Assembly (NCBI GenBank): GCA_002269645.1
Contig: NIVC01000391.1
Coordinates: 124,001 to 188,000, forward strand
Direction: 5' to 3'
Origin: Macrostomum lignano
Lineage: Eukaryota
Length of the DNA stretch: 64,000 bases
Made by a program: the position numbers and the translations under genes
The notes under the pieces: model-generated
What the model was told of the DNA's origin: nothing
What the model saw: only the letters and a program-made list of their open reading frames with translations
The model's database searches: none
In this document: one piece after another, positions 19,411-30,197 of the stretch
How positions within the stretch are numbered: the first letter of the stretch is position 1
Layout of the letters: every line of letters starts with the position of its first letter

Positions 19411-21808
19411 GACTGAAAGCGCTAATAATCAAACCAATTGAAATTTGTCACCCGCCTTCTCTATTACTGAAATTACTCAAATGATAGCTGGCTTGAATTT
19501 GTGTACGCAACCTCCCCTCCAACTACAATCTTGGCAGAAAGTTTAAAGTATGGAAATTGTTTTTTCAATGCTGTGCTTTTTGTTTTCATATTTAAAGCAA
19601 ATAACTTATATCCCCAAACTTAGTGTTGCAAGATCTTTCCAGCAATATAAATTCTCTCCTCTCAAGGCTTAAAACTAAAGGAACAGTTAGCATTTAAACT
19701 TCCTGATTTAAAGCATTAAAGTATCTATCGAGTGTAAATTCACTGCCTACTAGTAAGAGGCTCGCAAGTTTATTTATTGAATTTAGCTGCCCCACTAATA
19801 CACAGCCTTTTGAAAGATGCCAATAATAAAACCAATTGAATCTTTACATAGTCCTTATCTATCTGTTTACACAGTACATTGCTATGTACACTCAGCCCAA
19901 ACCACCACCCCCTATTCCAGGGGAATCATTAAATTTTACTACACCCCTAACATGCAGGGGTTTTATTAGCATTGAACCCAGAACACACATCACCCACCCC
20001 TCCAAAACACAGTGACCTGCGGGAGGATGTTGGGATGGTTGTTTTTACAATTATGCCACTACCCCTCCACTAGAGAGGCAAAGTGGCCAAAGGTTAAGAA
20101 AACAGTTTTTTGCTTTTTTAACAGACTTTATTTTGGAAATTTCAACATTAAAATAGCCTATTTGTTGCATAGGAAAATTCTATATTGATATATATATAAG
20201 TCTCACATTTGAGTTGGCAGCCATCTAGGAGGAGATATGCATTAAACCCAGCCGGTTGATTGATTGATCCACTCAGCTTTAGATATAAGATACCTAATAA
20301 AGTACAATAAAACACTAGCAAACTCTAATTTTTATTAATGTGAAAAAGTTCAGCATTAGTACTTTTAGTAGCAATTAAGTATTGTTGCTTTGTAAAAAGA
20401 CGAAATATAATCTTACAAAGGCAATTGAGTGTTACTTTGATTTTCTAACTTAATTTTCAGTTGTTGAAGCACCAGGTTATCTTCTTGATTCAAAATATTT
20501 TGTTTTCTAGACTTTTGTTTAAAAATGCGGCTATGGCTATGGGAATTATGGGAATATGGTAATATTAGGGTCCTTATGGCTATGGAATATGCAGAATTGG
20601 AATAAGCCATAGTTTTGCTTATGGCTATTACTACGATACATAGACCCTTCTTATGGCGGAACACTAGCTTTTTGATACTTATTTTGCTTATCATAGTTGC
20701 ATTTACTAACTCTAATGCTTAGAAAAGTTAATTATTGTTATCAGTACTTTATAGTTATATTATACTATGACTTAAAAAAAGTAAGGTTCAATTCATGAAA
20801 TTCACAAATTATGATTATCAAAAGACCATACATGGTTTTTTCCTTGTGATCACTATTTTTATGATTGTGACCATGATAACAATCAATCTCTAATATAAAG
20901 TATAGTGGTTTGGCTGCCTTTAGCATAGCCTTTTTATTTTCCAGCTTTAAAAAAAGTGTATATCTATTATACAATGCATGCTACTAAAATTTAGGTATAT
21001 AATTACAATTTTTAAAAAAAATTGTTGGCCAAATGTATGCTAGAAATTTCTAGGACAAATGACATGATCTTAAGTATAGCTAGCCTTTTCCTTTGCTGTG
21101 CCTATGGTATGCTAGACAGCACTTATATTGCTAAGGGAAAAGAGCAAATCTTTGCTAATTGCTATCCATGGCATGAAAATGGCCATAGGTTGTAAAAAAA
21201 TATTAGGTTATGTTACATTATATATATACTATAAATTCAAGTTTAGGCCTATTGTTTATGCCAAAAAAATTAATTTACTTGTGTAAATTGTGCTGTGTTA
21301 TTTTACTTATATATGCTAGAAATGATCAAAAGGCATTGTAACAATAAAAGATCTTTTTGCATTGTATTTGTAGTAATATAGGTAAGACTATAAAATCTTT
21401 TCTTGCATTACAAAATTTTGGTCTTTTATATACTAATACAATAGGCCCTAGTAATACTATACTCCAGCTCTATGGCACATTTTTAGAGGATTATTCAATA
21501 TAATTGATACTTTGAACCACTCATTTTTATATCTGTCATATACCAAAGGCAATTTTTTAGGTTTGGTTAAAATTGTTATATTCTAAATTGTTATAAAATG
21601 ATGATAACTTGGCCAATCCATAAGACTTTACCATTTGAATATGATGAATTTGTCAAATTTCTTAGAATTGAAACCAAATAAAACAAAATAACATAGAACC
21701 CTTACCCTAAAATAATCTTATTAGGCCTAATTTAAAGCACATTTTTTTCTAACAGCTAAGGCCTAAGCTCTGAATAAGAAATAGTATCTTGAATAAAATT
21801 TTAAAATA

Positions 21809-22753
21809 TGTGCAAGCGCTTAATGCTACTAATAGTAATAATAATAGTTTTTGTAAATAAATTTGTCAATAATAATTTCGAGTTTTATCACTCAAGAATA
21901 GTATTCACATATTATTTGTTTTAATCTTCTAACGTTTAATAATAATATTCATGTAAAAATTGTATGTATTTTTAAACCAAAAACTAATTTTAGCCCTATT
22001 TGTTTTAATACTGCATATATCAAAATTAATATTGATCAAGTCTCAAAATAATATAAATAGACGGGATCTGGCCAGAGAGCCACCAACTGGCTGATTGCTT
22101 GTTCCTAAATTAGTCTCAAGTCTCGCTACTTGTTGAGCCTTAAACTGTTACTTAGAAATCTTTTCAAGACTTAGTAAATTTTTCGATTCAAAGAGTGAAG
22201 TGGAAGTTAATCATATCACAGATACTACTGATACTCAGAATACCAAGGAGATTGAAGTAAAACAAAGTAGATCTCGGGAATACATATACAGTATTGAGAA
22301 GGCCGTGACCCTCTAATCTCGGGAACGCCTAAACGACTGGACTAGACGATCAGACACTTAAATAACTACAAAAGAATTACAAGGAAGATCATTCTGAGAA
22401 ATACATTCCAGGCCAATAGTAGACCACTCGGCATATACTAAGAACGCTACCAATACATATACTAAGAACGCTACCAATAGAAGTAGATACTTAGACTAAT
22501 CCTTAGACATATACCTAGACTTATTCTTAGACTTATACTTAGACTGATACTTAAAGACTTATACTCAGACCTATTCTAAGAAACATTTCTCAGATTATTC
22601 TAATATTGATAAACTCATAATTTATTAATCGAATAATCTTGGTGGCAGCTACCAACCTAAGAAGAACACTTAAGAGATTAGTAAATTAGCCCTGTGACAG
22701 CTTTTGGTGACAGTGTGAAATTATTATTAGAGACAGAAGTAACCCCTAGGACA
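21809..22753 (+). repeat. 5' LTR of element 2
   Basis: TGTGCAAGCG...CTAGGACA. Confidence 0.96.
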
Positions 22754-22757
22754 ACTT

Positions 22758-22775
22758 TGGTGGCAGCGGTGGGAT
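22758..22775 (+). promoter_or_regulatory. Primer-binding site, tRNA-Leu (AAG/TAG type)
   Basis: TGGTGGCAGCGGTGGGAT is complementary to the metazoan tRNA-Leu 3' end ATCCCACCGCTGCCA-CCA. Confidence 0.88.
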
Positions 22776-22923
22776 TCTCAGTGTATAGGAATCACCACTG
22801 TTACAACTTGGTGGCAGCGTAAAGGATTAGAGAAACGGCCAAAAATTAGACAGATCAGAGAAACGGCGAAGAACTCCGGCAGTTGAAGATCATCAGTAAG
22901 AAATTTTAAGATTAAGAAGAGAG

Positions 22924-23940
22924 ATGGCTAATGCCAATGATGCAATCGCTATGCTAGCTGAAGAGCTACGGAACAGGTTAGAATTAGGACCACAAAGGCA
23001 CGTGAAAATTCAGAAATTTACACCTGGCCAAGACATCAGGATTTGGCTGACTGCGTTTGACCAGCGCTGTGAAACTGAAGGTATTGAAGAAGATCACCGG
23101 AAGCAAGAGCTTCTCGCGAACCTCGACCTGGCTACTGCATTCGCAGCAGTTCAGCGTCTGAACCTCCCAGATGATCTGGAGTACGAAGAATTTAAGGAGA
23201 GACTTATAGAGCGCTTTGGTAGAATCGGAAGTTCAGCAGAGTTTAGAGAAGAATTTAGAAGCCGAATGCAAGGCAGGAATGAGTTAGTAGAATCGTACAC
23301 TGATTGTCTAATTGAGCTAGCTTCGCGAGCCTTCCCGAACATGACTATGGAACAGCGGGAAGAGGAGATCGTGGAACAGTTCATCAAGGGTGTGAGAATT
23401 CCACCTGAAACCCGCGAGAAACTGATCTTCGCTCAGCCAGCTAATCTGCAAGAAGCTAGAAGGATGTTGAGGAGAATGGAAGCAGCCTGGAACATGTCAC
23501 GCAGGAACTCAGGTATGAGAGTGGCTAGGAATGAGGAAGAGCAAGAACAGAAGAGGGCTGAACAGGAAAGGCTGGAAGAGATCATTAAGAAGCAGAAGTT
23601 TGAGATCGAACAGCAGAGGAAGGCTTTGCAGGAGCTAAGAGAAGAGAAGATGCAGAATAATCAGCAGCAGTATCCGCAGAATTATTCGTACGCTCTAGCA
23701 GCCAGGCAGTATCCGCAGAGATACCAGCCTCAACAGCTGCGGCCTGTTCCGCCACAGTATGGAGCGCAGGCGCGACAGCAGATGTTTGCCGGGCAGCAGC
23801 ACCCGAACCAGGGTCAGCCGAGACAACAGTCGCAGACTTGCTATAACTGCGGGAAGATCGGCCACATTGCAAAGCAGTGCAGGAGTGCCAAGCAGAACGT
23901 TCCGCAGATGCCGAATCGTCAGAATAATCAGGGAAACTGA
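22924..23940 (+). CDS. gag: Gag of element 2, 338 aa
   Basis: Capsid-like region (FRSRMQGRNELVESY), coiled coil, Q-rich tract, CYNCGKIGHIAKQC knuckle. Confidence 0.92.
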   Translation: MANANDAIAMLAEELRNRLELGPQRHVKIQKFTPGQDIRIWLTAFDQRCETEGIEEDHRKQELLANLDLATAFAAVQRLNLPDDLEYEEFKERLIERFGRIGSSAEFREEFRSRMQGRNELVESYTDCLIELASRAFPNMTMEQREEEIVEQFIKGVRIPPETREKLIFAQPANLQEARRMLRRMEAAWNMSRRNSGMRVARNEEEQEQKRAEQERLEEIIKKQKFEIEQQRKALQELREEKMQNNQQQYPQNYSYALAARQYPQRYQPQQLRPVPPQYGAQARQQMFAGQQHPNQGQPRQQSQTCYNCGKIGHIAKQCRSAKQNVPQMPNRQNNQGN

Positions 23941-26900
23941 GAAGCGAGGGCCGAATTACGAGGCCACGTCCCTCTAGCGAAATCCAGAGCAAAATTCAGG
24001 CCTCTGAATTTGTAAATAATGCGTACAAAGTTAACAAACAGTACATGTATAGGCCACGCGAAGATTATAATAAGTTCAGAAAACCAAACAAAAAACATGC
24101 GAATGCACATACAGTACCGAATGTAAATACTACGCGTGCACCTATTTGCTCACCTAAGAAAAGTACTCCAAGCCCGAGAGAGGAGTACGTTAAGATGAAT
24201 GAAAGTGCAGACGAAGAAGTTATTACTAGCGCAGAGAAGAAAGGAAGAGAAGCAGTTATCGATGGAAAGATTCGTAGGCAGAACATTCGTTTCTTACTAG
24301 ACACAGGAGCCGGTCACAACTTCTTAAGTAAGAGTACTTGGAGAAGAGTATGTAGAGAACAGGAGATCAGGCCATCTGATCGGAGAGTAACCGCTTTCGA
24401 TGGAGCAAGAGTACAGATCGAAGGAGAAGTATCAGTGACAGTAATGTTCGGAGAGATAGAGATCGAGACCGACTTCCTGCTGTGCAATCACGAATGCGAC
24501 GATATTCTAGGAATGGAGTTCTTCATGAACTTTTGCGAAAGTATGAGCTTCGATAAGGGAATGATGGTTCTAAAAACAGGAGAATGTATTCCAATGCAGT
24601 TTACTAAGTTGCCGGTACGAGTTTGCCGAGTATACTGCTATGACAAGGTAGTCGTGCCAGCTAATAGTGCTTTAAGAATACCAGTCAAATTAGCCAAAAG
24701 AGCAGAAATGAACTACGGTACGCCGATGATGATCGAGACGACTAAAGGACATATTCCAGTAAACGAAGACTCACTGGATATGGTTCCAACCCTACTAACG
24801 ATGAAAGACGGAACCGGAGTAGTAGAAGTAATTAACAGACAGAGCAATGACGTAACAATTAGAAAATCAGCAATGGTAGGCATTGCCAAGCCATTGAAAG
24901 CCAAAGAGCTAACTTACTTTGTTGCTAAGAAAAACACTGGACAAGTCAACTCCGCGAAATGCACCGAAAATGCTGAGGATGCCGATGAATGGATTCAGGA
25001 GGTTAACATCTCGGATGAGCTAACACCAGAGCAGAAAGACAAAGTAATCGAGTTACTCAAAGAGAATAGGAAAGCATTTTCGCAGACGAATCAAGACATG
25101 GGTCTCACGCATCTTGTGACCCACGAGATATCGTTAAAGGACTCGACGCCAGTCAGAATACCTACTCGCAGAATACCACCGCATCTGCAGAAACAAGTAG
25201 ACGAACAGTTAGACGATATGCTCGCTAAGAATTTGATAAGACCGTGCTATAGCACCTATTCGACGCCATTAGTAATTGTGCCTAAGAAAGATGGAACGAT
25301 TAGGATTGTCAGCGATTTCAGAGTCTTGAACTCTCGAGTTAACTATTATCCATATCCGTTACCGAATATTCAAGAGACCTTCTCTCATCTAACGGGAAGC
25401 CAATACTTTAGCAGCTTAGACTTAAATTCAGGCTATTGGCAGGTACCGATTAAGGAAGAGGACAAATTTATGACGGCATTTTCGACTTTGACTAGGGGAC
25501 AGTTCGAGTATCAGGTCATGGCTCAGGGACTATCTAATGCACCTGGAACATTCCAGAGATTAATGAACCTAGTGCTGATGGGAATTCAGCACAAGTTCGC
25601 CATGTCGTACATTGACGACATAGTAACCTACTCAGAGAGATTCGAAGATCACTTGAGTCATTTACGAGAAGTATTCAAGAGACTAGTGACAGCCGGATTA
25701 AAGTTAAGGCCGAAGAAATGTAATCTATTCCAGAAAGAGCTTAAATATCTAGGACACATAGTTGGCAGAGAGGGAATTAAGACAGATCCAGCTAAGATAG
25801 AAGCAATCCAGTCATGGCCGACGCCTAAGGACGTTAAAGAATTAAGAAGCTTCCTAGGTCTCTGTAATTATTACTGTAGGTTCGTGAAGAATTACGCGGA
25901 AGCAGCGCACCCGCTCTTCCAGCTAACTAAGAAGGGAATTCAGAATTTTAGGGAGAAATGGACTAAGAGTCATGATGAGGCATTTGCGCTGTTAAAGCAG
26001 AAAATGACATCAACCGAAGTCTTAGCATACCCAGAGTTCACAGACAACGAAGAAGTTCGAATGGTGCTTGACACTGACGCGAGTGATGACAGAATTGGGG
26101 CCTGCTTAGGTCAGATACAATCCGATGGAGTCGAAAGACCCATCGCGTACTTTAGCAGGGCCATGAAGGAATCGGAAAAAAGGTATCCAATCACGAGAAA
26201 AGAATTGCTAGCATTAGTGGACGGAATGAAACACTTCCGATTCTATCTCATCGGAAAGAGATTCCTGGCAAGAACAGATCATCGCGCTATTCTATGGCTA
26301 CTTCGCCAGACTGAAGCGCAGGGAATCCTCGGTAGATGGATAGAGAGGTTAAGCGAATTTCAGTATGACATTGAACACCGCAGTGGTGCTAAACACACCA
26401 ATGCAGACGGACTATCCAGACGACCCGCAGAACGATTAGAGAAAAATCAGGAGGCTAAGGCAGAAAAGTGCACTGACGCTGAGACAGGTCCAGTACCTCC
26501 TACCGTTACGGTAAATCGAAGTCAGACCGAAGTCTCAAATTGCAAGCACCAGAGCTGCCAGACTGATCTGATTAGAGAAGAAGTAGAAGATGATGAAGAG
26601 TTCGAAGATGCAAGAGAGTATTTCGAAGATGAAGAAGATGAGTACGAAGACGCCAGCGATTATTTCGCTGATGATGAAGAGGTATATGACGATGCAAAAG
26701 AGAGTTTTGAGGGAACCTCTTGTCGGAAACTCCTTACCGACTATCTCTTTGTCCCGCTTAAGAAGGAGCAGCTGACATCAGCTCAGCGTGACAACCCTTC
26801 TACAAGGACGCTGATAGCTTGGAAAGAGCAGAAAATCCAAGAGCCGAAATTGCTCGAAGATGCAACTAGAGAGCTGAAGCAGATGGCAAAGTTCTATCAG

Positions 26901-28487
26901 CGGATGAAGCTAGACGATGAACTTTTGACCATAGACGAAGACGGAACACGTAAGGTCGTGTTGCCAGAGAACATAGAGAAAGAAGTATTTCGAGAGTTGC
27001 ATGACAGTCCTCTCGCAGGTCACCTAGGTCGCGATAAAACACTGCAACGTGTACGCGATCGATTTTGGCGACCAGGACTGGCAACTGCAGTGGAGAAGTA
27101 CATCTCGGAATGCATCCCATGTCTAGAAAGTAAGGCAGGAAATAAGGTGAAGGCGCCAGTGCAATCATTTCCAATATGCGAGCCGTTCCATAGGCTGCAT
27201 ATTGATCTGATAGGACCGATCTCAAGAGAGAGCCGAAGAGGTCATCGCTACGTACTGACAGTAGTAGATAGCACCACTCGGTTTCCGTTTGCGTTTCCAG
27301 TACGAAATCAGAAATCAGATACCGTGATTAAAGTTATACAAGAGAGAATATTTAGCGAATACGGACAATGCCAGTGGATTCACACTGACAATGGCAAGAC
27401 ATTCGTCAGCCGTCAGTTCCAGGCATTTTGTAGGATGTATGGCATCAAGCATACCTGTACTACACCGTATCACGCGCAGAGTAATGGACTCGTAGAGAGA
27501 TTCAATAAGCAGATAAAGTCGATAATAACGTGCCTAGTAGAGAAAGACCATTCCGACTGGGATCTGCTAATTCCCGCAGCTTTGGTAGCTGTGCGTACCA
27601 GCGTGAACCAGACTACCGGGTTCACCCCGCACTACCTGCTATTTGGCAGAGAAGCAGACCTCAGAATTGACAGCATTGTCAGAAAACCTAGGCAGTATCA
27701 CGACTATCCAAGCTACGTGCTAAGCCATGCCGAAAGACTCGAAGAAGCGCAGAAAATCGTGCAGAAGAAATTGGAGAAGGTAAAAGATCGTAGGGAAGAA
27801 GATAATGCTGAGAATAAGCCACCGAAGCATGTACCGGTTGGATGCCTCGCATTGATCAACAATCCGCAGTTGCAAAGGGAAGAAAGCCATAAGTTCCACC
27901 GCAAGAAAAGAGCCGCATTCAGAGTGCTTGCGCAAATTTCTGAGACAGTTTTCCGAGTGCAACGAGAGGTAGACGGAGTGAGAAGTGGCGAAAAGATGCT
28001 AGTGCATCGGAACAATCTCACCCCAGTGCCTAACTCAGAAATAAACTTGCCGGATGAACAGAACAAAGAAGCAGAACCGAAAGAAAGGCCAACTATCAAG
28101 CAGAAAAAGAAAGAACCGAAAGTTAAGAAAAGGCCACAGCAACAGCGACAGCCAAAGCAGACAGGAAAACAGATAGAGCCAGCCATAGTATTAAGCGAAA
28201 GTTCCGAAGACGAAAGAATCCAGTGGAAAACCAGAGCAATCGAAGATGAGATTGAGCAGAATGAGATAGAGCTAAACGAAGAATTTGAGCAAGAAGATGA
28301 TGAGTCAACAGATAGTGAGAAGACTGAGCCAGCCGAAACAGATGACGCATTAGAATTAGATAGGAGAGAAAGGAATGAAGACGAAAGGATTGAGCATAGG
28401 CCGCATTACAATCTGAGACCAAGAAGCGAGAGAGTTGTCACCTCAGGATTCGCCCCCCGCAGGCGATACGCCCATTATCTGAAATGA
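23928..28487 (+). CDS. pol: Pol of element 2 (PR-RT-RH-INT), reached by -1 frameshift; first ATG at 24045
   Basis: LLDTGAGHNF, IVSDFRVLN, YIDD, DTDASD, GHLGRDKT..CIPC, HIDLIGP, TDNG, NGLVERFN. Confidence 0.95.
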   Translation, partial: SGKLRSEGRITRPRPSSEIQSKIQASEFVNNAYKVNKQYMYRPREDYNKFRKPNKKHANAHTVPNVNTTRAPICSPKKSTPSPREEYVKMNESADEEVITSAEKKGREAVIDGKIRRQNIRFLLDTGAGHNFLSKSTWRRVCREQEIRPSDRRVTAFDGARVQIEGEVSVTVMFGEIEIETDFLLCNHECDDILGMEFFMNFCESMSFDKGMMVLKTGECIPMQFTKLPVRVCRVYCYDKVVVPANSALRIPVKLAKRAEMNYGTPMMIETTKGHIPVNEDSLDMVPTLLTMKDGTGVVEVINRQSNDVTIRKSAMVGIAKPLKAKELTYFVAKKNTGQVNSAKCTENAEDADEWIQEVNISDELTPEQKDKVIELLKENRKAFSQTNQDMGLTHLVTHEISLKDSTPVRIPTRRIPPHLQKQVDEQLDDMLAKNLIRPCYSTYSTPLVIVPKKDGTIRIVSDFRVLNSRVNYYPYPLPNIQETFSHLTGSQYFSSLDLNSGYWQVPIKEEDKFMTAFSTLTRGQFEYQVMAQGLSNAPGTFQRLMNLVLMGIQHKFAMSYIDDIVTYSERFEDHLSHLREVFKRLVTAGLKLRPKKCNLFQKELKYLGHIVGREGIKTDPAKIEAIQSWPTPKDVKELRSFLGLCNYYCRFVKNYAEAAHPLFQLTKKGIQNFREKWTKSHDEAFALLKQKMTSTEVLAYPEFTDNEEVRMVLDTDASDDRIGACLGQIQSDGVERPIAYFSRAMKESEKRYPITRKELLALVDGMKHFRFYLIGKRFLARTDHRAILWLLRQTEAQGILGRWIERLSEFQYDIEHRSGAKHTNADGLSRRPAERLEKNQEAKAEKCTDAETGPVPPTVTVNRSQTEVSNCKHQSCQTDLIREEVEDDEEFEDAREYFEDEEDEYEDASDYFADDEEVYDDAKESFEGTSCRKLLTDYLFVPLKKEQLTSAQRDNPSTRTLIAWKEQKIQEPKLLEDATRELKQMAKFYQRMKLDDELLTIDEDGTRKVVLPENIEKEVFRELHDSPLAGHLGRDKTLQRVRDRFWRPGLATAVEKYISECIPCLESKAGNKVKAPVQSFPICEPFHRLHIDLIGPISRESRRGHRYVLTVVDSTTRFPFAFPVRNQKSDTVIKVIQERIFSEYGQCQWIHTDNGKTFVSRQFQAFCRMYGIKHTCTTPYHAQSNGLVERFNKQIKSIITCLVEKDHSDWDLLIPAALVAVRTSVNQTTGFTPHYLLFGREADLRIDSIVRKPRQYHDYPSYVLSHAERLEEAQKIVQKKLEKVKDRREEDNAENKPPKHVPVGCLALINNPQLQREESHKFHRKKRAAFRVLAQISETVFRVQREVDGVRSGEKMLVHRNNLTPVPNSEINLPDEQNKEAEPKERPTIKQKKKEPKVKKRPQQQRQPKQTGKQIEPAIVLSESSEDERIQWKTRAIEDEIEQNEIELNEEFEQEDDESTDSEKTEPAETDDALELDRRERNEDERIEHRPHYNLRPRSERVVTSGFAPRRRYAHYLK
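23931..23975 (+). promoter_or_regulatory. -1 programmed ribosomal frameshift signal (G GGA AAC plus downstream stem-loop or pseudoknot)
   Basis: Slippery heptamer in correct phase just before the gag TGA; the -1 frame is open from 23928 into pol; GAGGG/CCCTC and GGCC/GGCC pairings lie downstream. Confidence 0.85.
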
Positions 28488-28892
28488 TCAAATTTGTATC
28501 ATGCCAAGTATTAAAATTGTAAATAGGTTTGCTTAAAAATTAAAAATGTTCTATGAATAAAATCTGTTGTAAATATTAAAAAAATTATAAAAATATAAAA
28601 AGTTTAAACAAAAAAAAAATACAAAAACATTGCGCATTACTAATAGTAGAGTATAGAGAATTGTGCAGTAAAGATTCGAGAACCACTCCGCATAAAAATC
28701 CTAGCAACGCTTAGTAACGGTGCGAACCAATGAGCGAGCCCGTTTGAAATTTGCTAAACCCTCTCGAGCGAACACGAAGATGCGGTCCAGTTTTTCGAAT
28801 ACATTATGAAAACACGAGCCAACCCAAGGAATCATATTAGTTCTCACTGTAAGCTTAAAGATTACAAACCATCAAGTCTGACAAGCCCAGCC

Positions 28893-29777
28893 ATGGAAGA
28901 CGAGAATATCGACGATTTCCTGAAGGCTCTGCTCGACGAAGAGGTGCCGATCTCAACGCCGCCGCCGCAGGAAGCTTCAGCGGCCGCAGCTTCGTCAGCA
29001 CCAACAACAGCCTCGTCAGCCGCCTCGTCGTCGGCAACCTCATCAGCGCCAACATCAGCAGCCCCGCCAGCAGCCCCCGAGGACGAAGCACCGCTCCGAC
29101 AGCCGACTCGGCCCCGCGCTCTTGGCAGTTCGAACAAGCGGCCTCGAGAACCGTCGCCTGTCGCTTCAAATGCTCTGCAGTTACGCGTCGATGAGCCCCC
29201 GCATCAAAAGCGCGCCGCTGTCATCAGGGCTCAAGCAGCAGCACCCGTACAGCAGTACATGCCGCAGAACTGCCGAGCAGCCGCCGCAAGCCAGGAGAGG
29301 CGCACCGTGCAGCTGCCGACACCATCGACGGTACCGAAGCGAACGGCTCGTGGTCCACGACTGAGTGCAGCACCGGCAGCCCCGGCACCAGCTCCGGCAG
29401 GATCGACAGTTGCCCAAGAACATCTCGAAAACACTCTGCGAGAGGCGATGCACGCTGTTCTGCGTCAGCATGGCGAGCAACTCGAGAAAATCGCCCACGC
29501 AATCCGCCAGTATCTCATGCGGATTGGCCGTCTTCGATTAGATCAGGCCTTGCCGCAGAGGTCTCAGGTTTGGACAGCGATCAGGGCTCTGCGAGACCGT
29601 CTCGAGCAACGGCAGGCTGTCACGGTACTGCAGTACATCGCCCTCGGCCTCCGCCGTGCCATGCCTCCAAGTGACGAGACTGTCCAACATCAGCTGCTCG
29701 CAGTTGAAATGCGCTGGCTGTTTGCCCAACTCGGCTGGCCATACTACCGAGAACTGCCTGACCCATGCAATTTTTAA
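28893..29777 (+). CDS. Orphan ORF3 of element 2 (~294 aa from GCCATGG; open frame from 28806): acidic N-terminus, Ala/Pro/Ser-rich linker, helical C-terminus, no TM segment
   Basis: Long intact GC-rich ORF between pol and the PPT with strong Kozak context. Confidence 0.7.
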   Translation: MEDENIDDFLKALLDEEVPISTPPPQEASAAAASSAPTTASSAASSSATSSAPTSAAPPAAPEDEAPLRQPTRPRALGSSNKRPREPSPVASNALQLRVDEPPHQKRAAVIRAQAAAPVQQYMPQNCRAAAASQERRTVQLPTPSTVPKRTARGPRLSAAPAAPAPAPAGSTVAQEHLENTLREAMHAVLRQHGEQLEKIAHAIRQYLMRIGRLRLDQALPQRSQVWTAIRALRDRLEQRQAVTVLQYIALGLRRAMPPSDETVQHQLLAVEMRWLFAQLGWPYYRELPDPCNF

Positions 29778-30183
29778 GTATGCTTTCTTTTTAACTTTTT
29801 CTACTTTTACTACCTGTTTGCTATGCAGCTTTTAGTTTTATATCTTGCTTGTTTGCATTAGTCTAATAATTTTTCTGATAGCTTCATTTTTATATAGTTT
29901 ATGTAAATATTCATTGCCTACATATGCTATATTCTCAATGTTTGCCTTATAACTAAGCAGCCTTTGTTTGCCTGTATGCTTGTGTTTTTCTAATTGTGCT
30001 CTATTAATTGCATTTTTGACTATTTTTCTAAAAAGTTTGTCTGTTTTATTTTTATCTTGTGCTACATTTATAGTTTTATATTGCATACGCTAATTTCTTG
30101 TATTTGTTTCTATGCTGTTGTGTTCTACATGCTAAATAAATTTTCACTCAAATATTCAATATTTTTATTCAAATTTATTTTTT

Positions 30184-30197
30184 AAGGGTGAGCAGGT
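30184..30197 (+). promoter_or_regulatory. Polypurine tract of element 2
   Basis: AAGGGTGAGCAGGT before the 3' LTR. Confidence 0.7.

Noticed and set aside
18150-19416. Hydrophobic Leu/Ser ORFs 18150-18512 and 18904-19416 as membrane proteins
   Set aside because: Artefacts of CT-rich low-complexity DNA.
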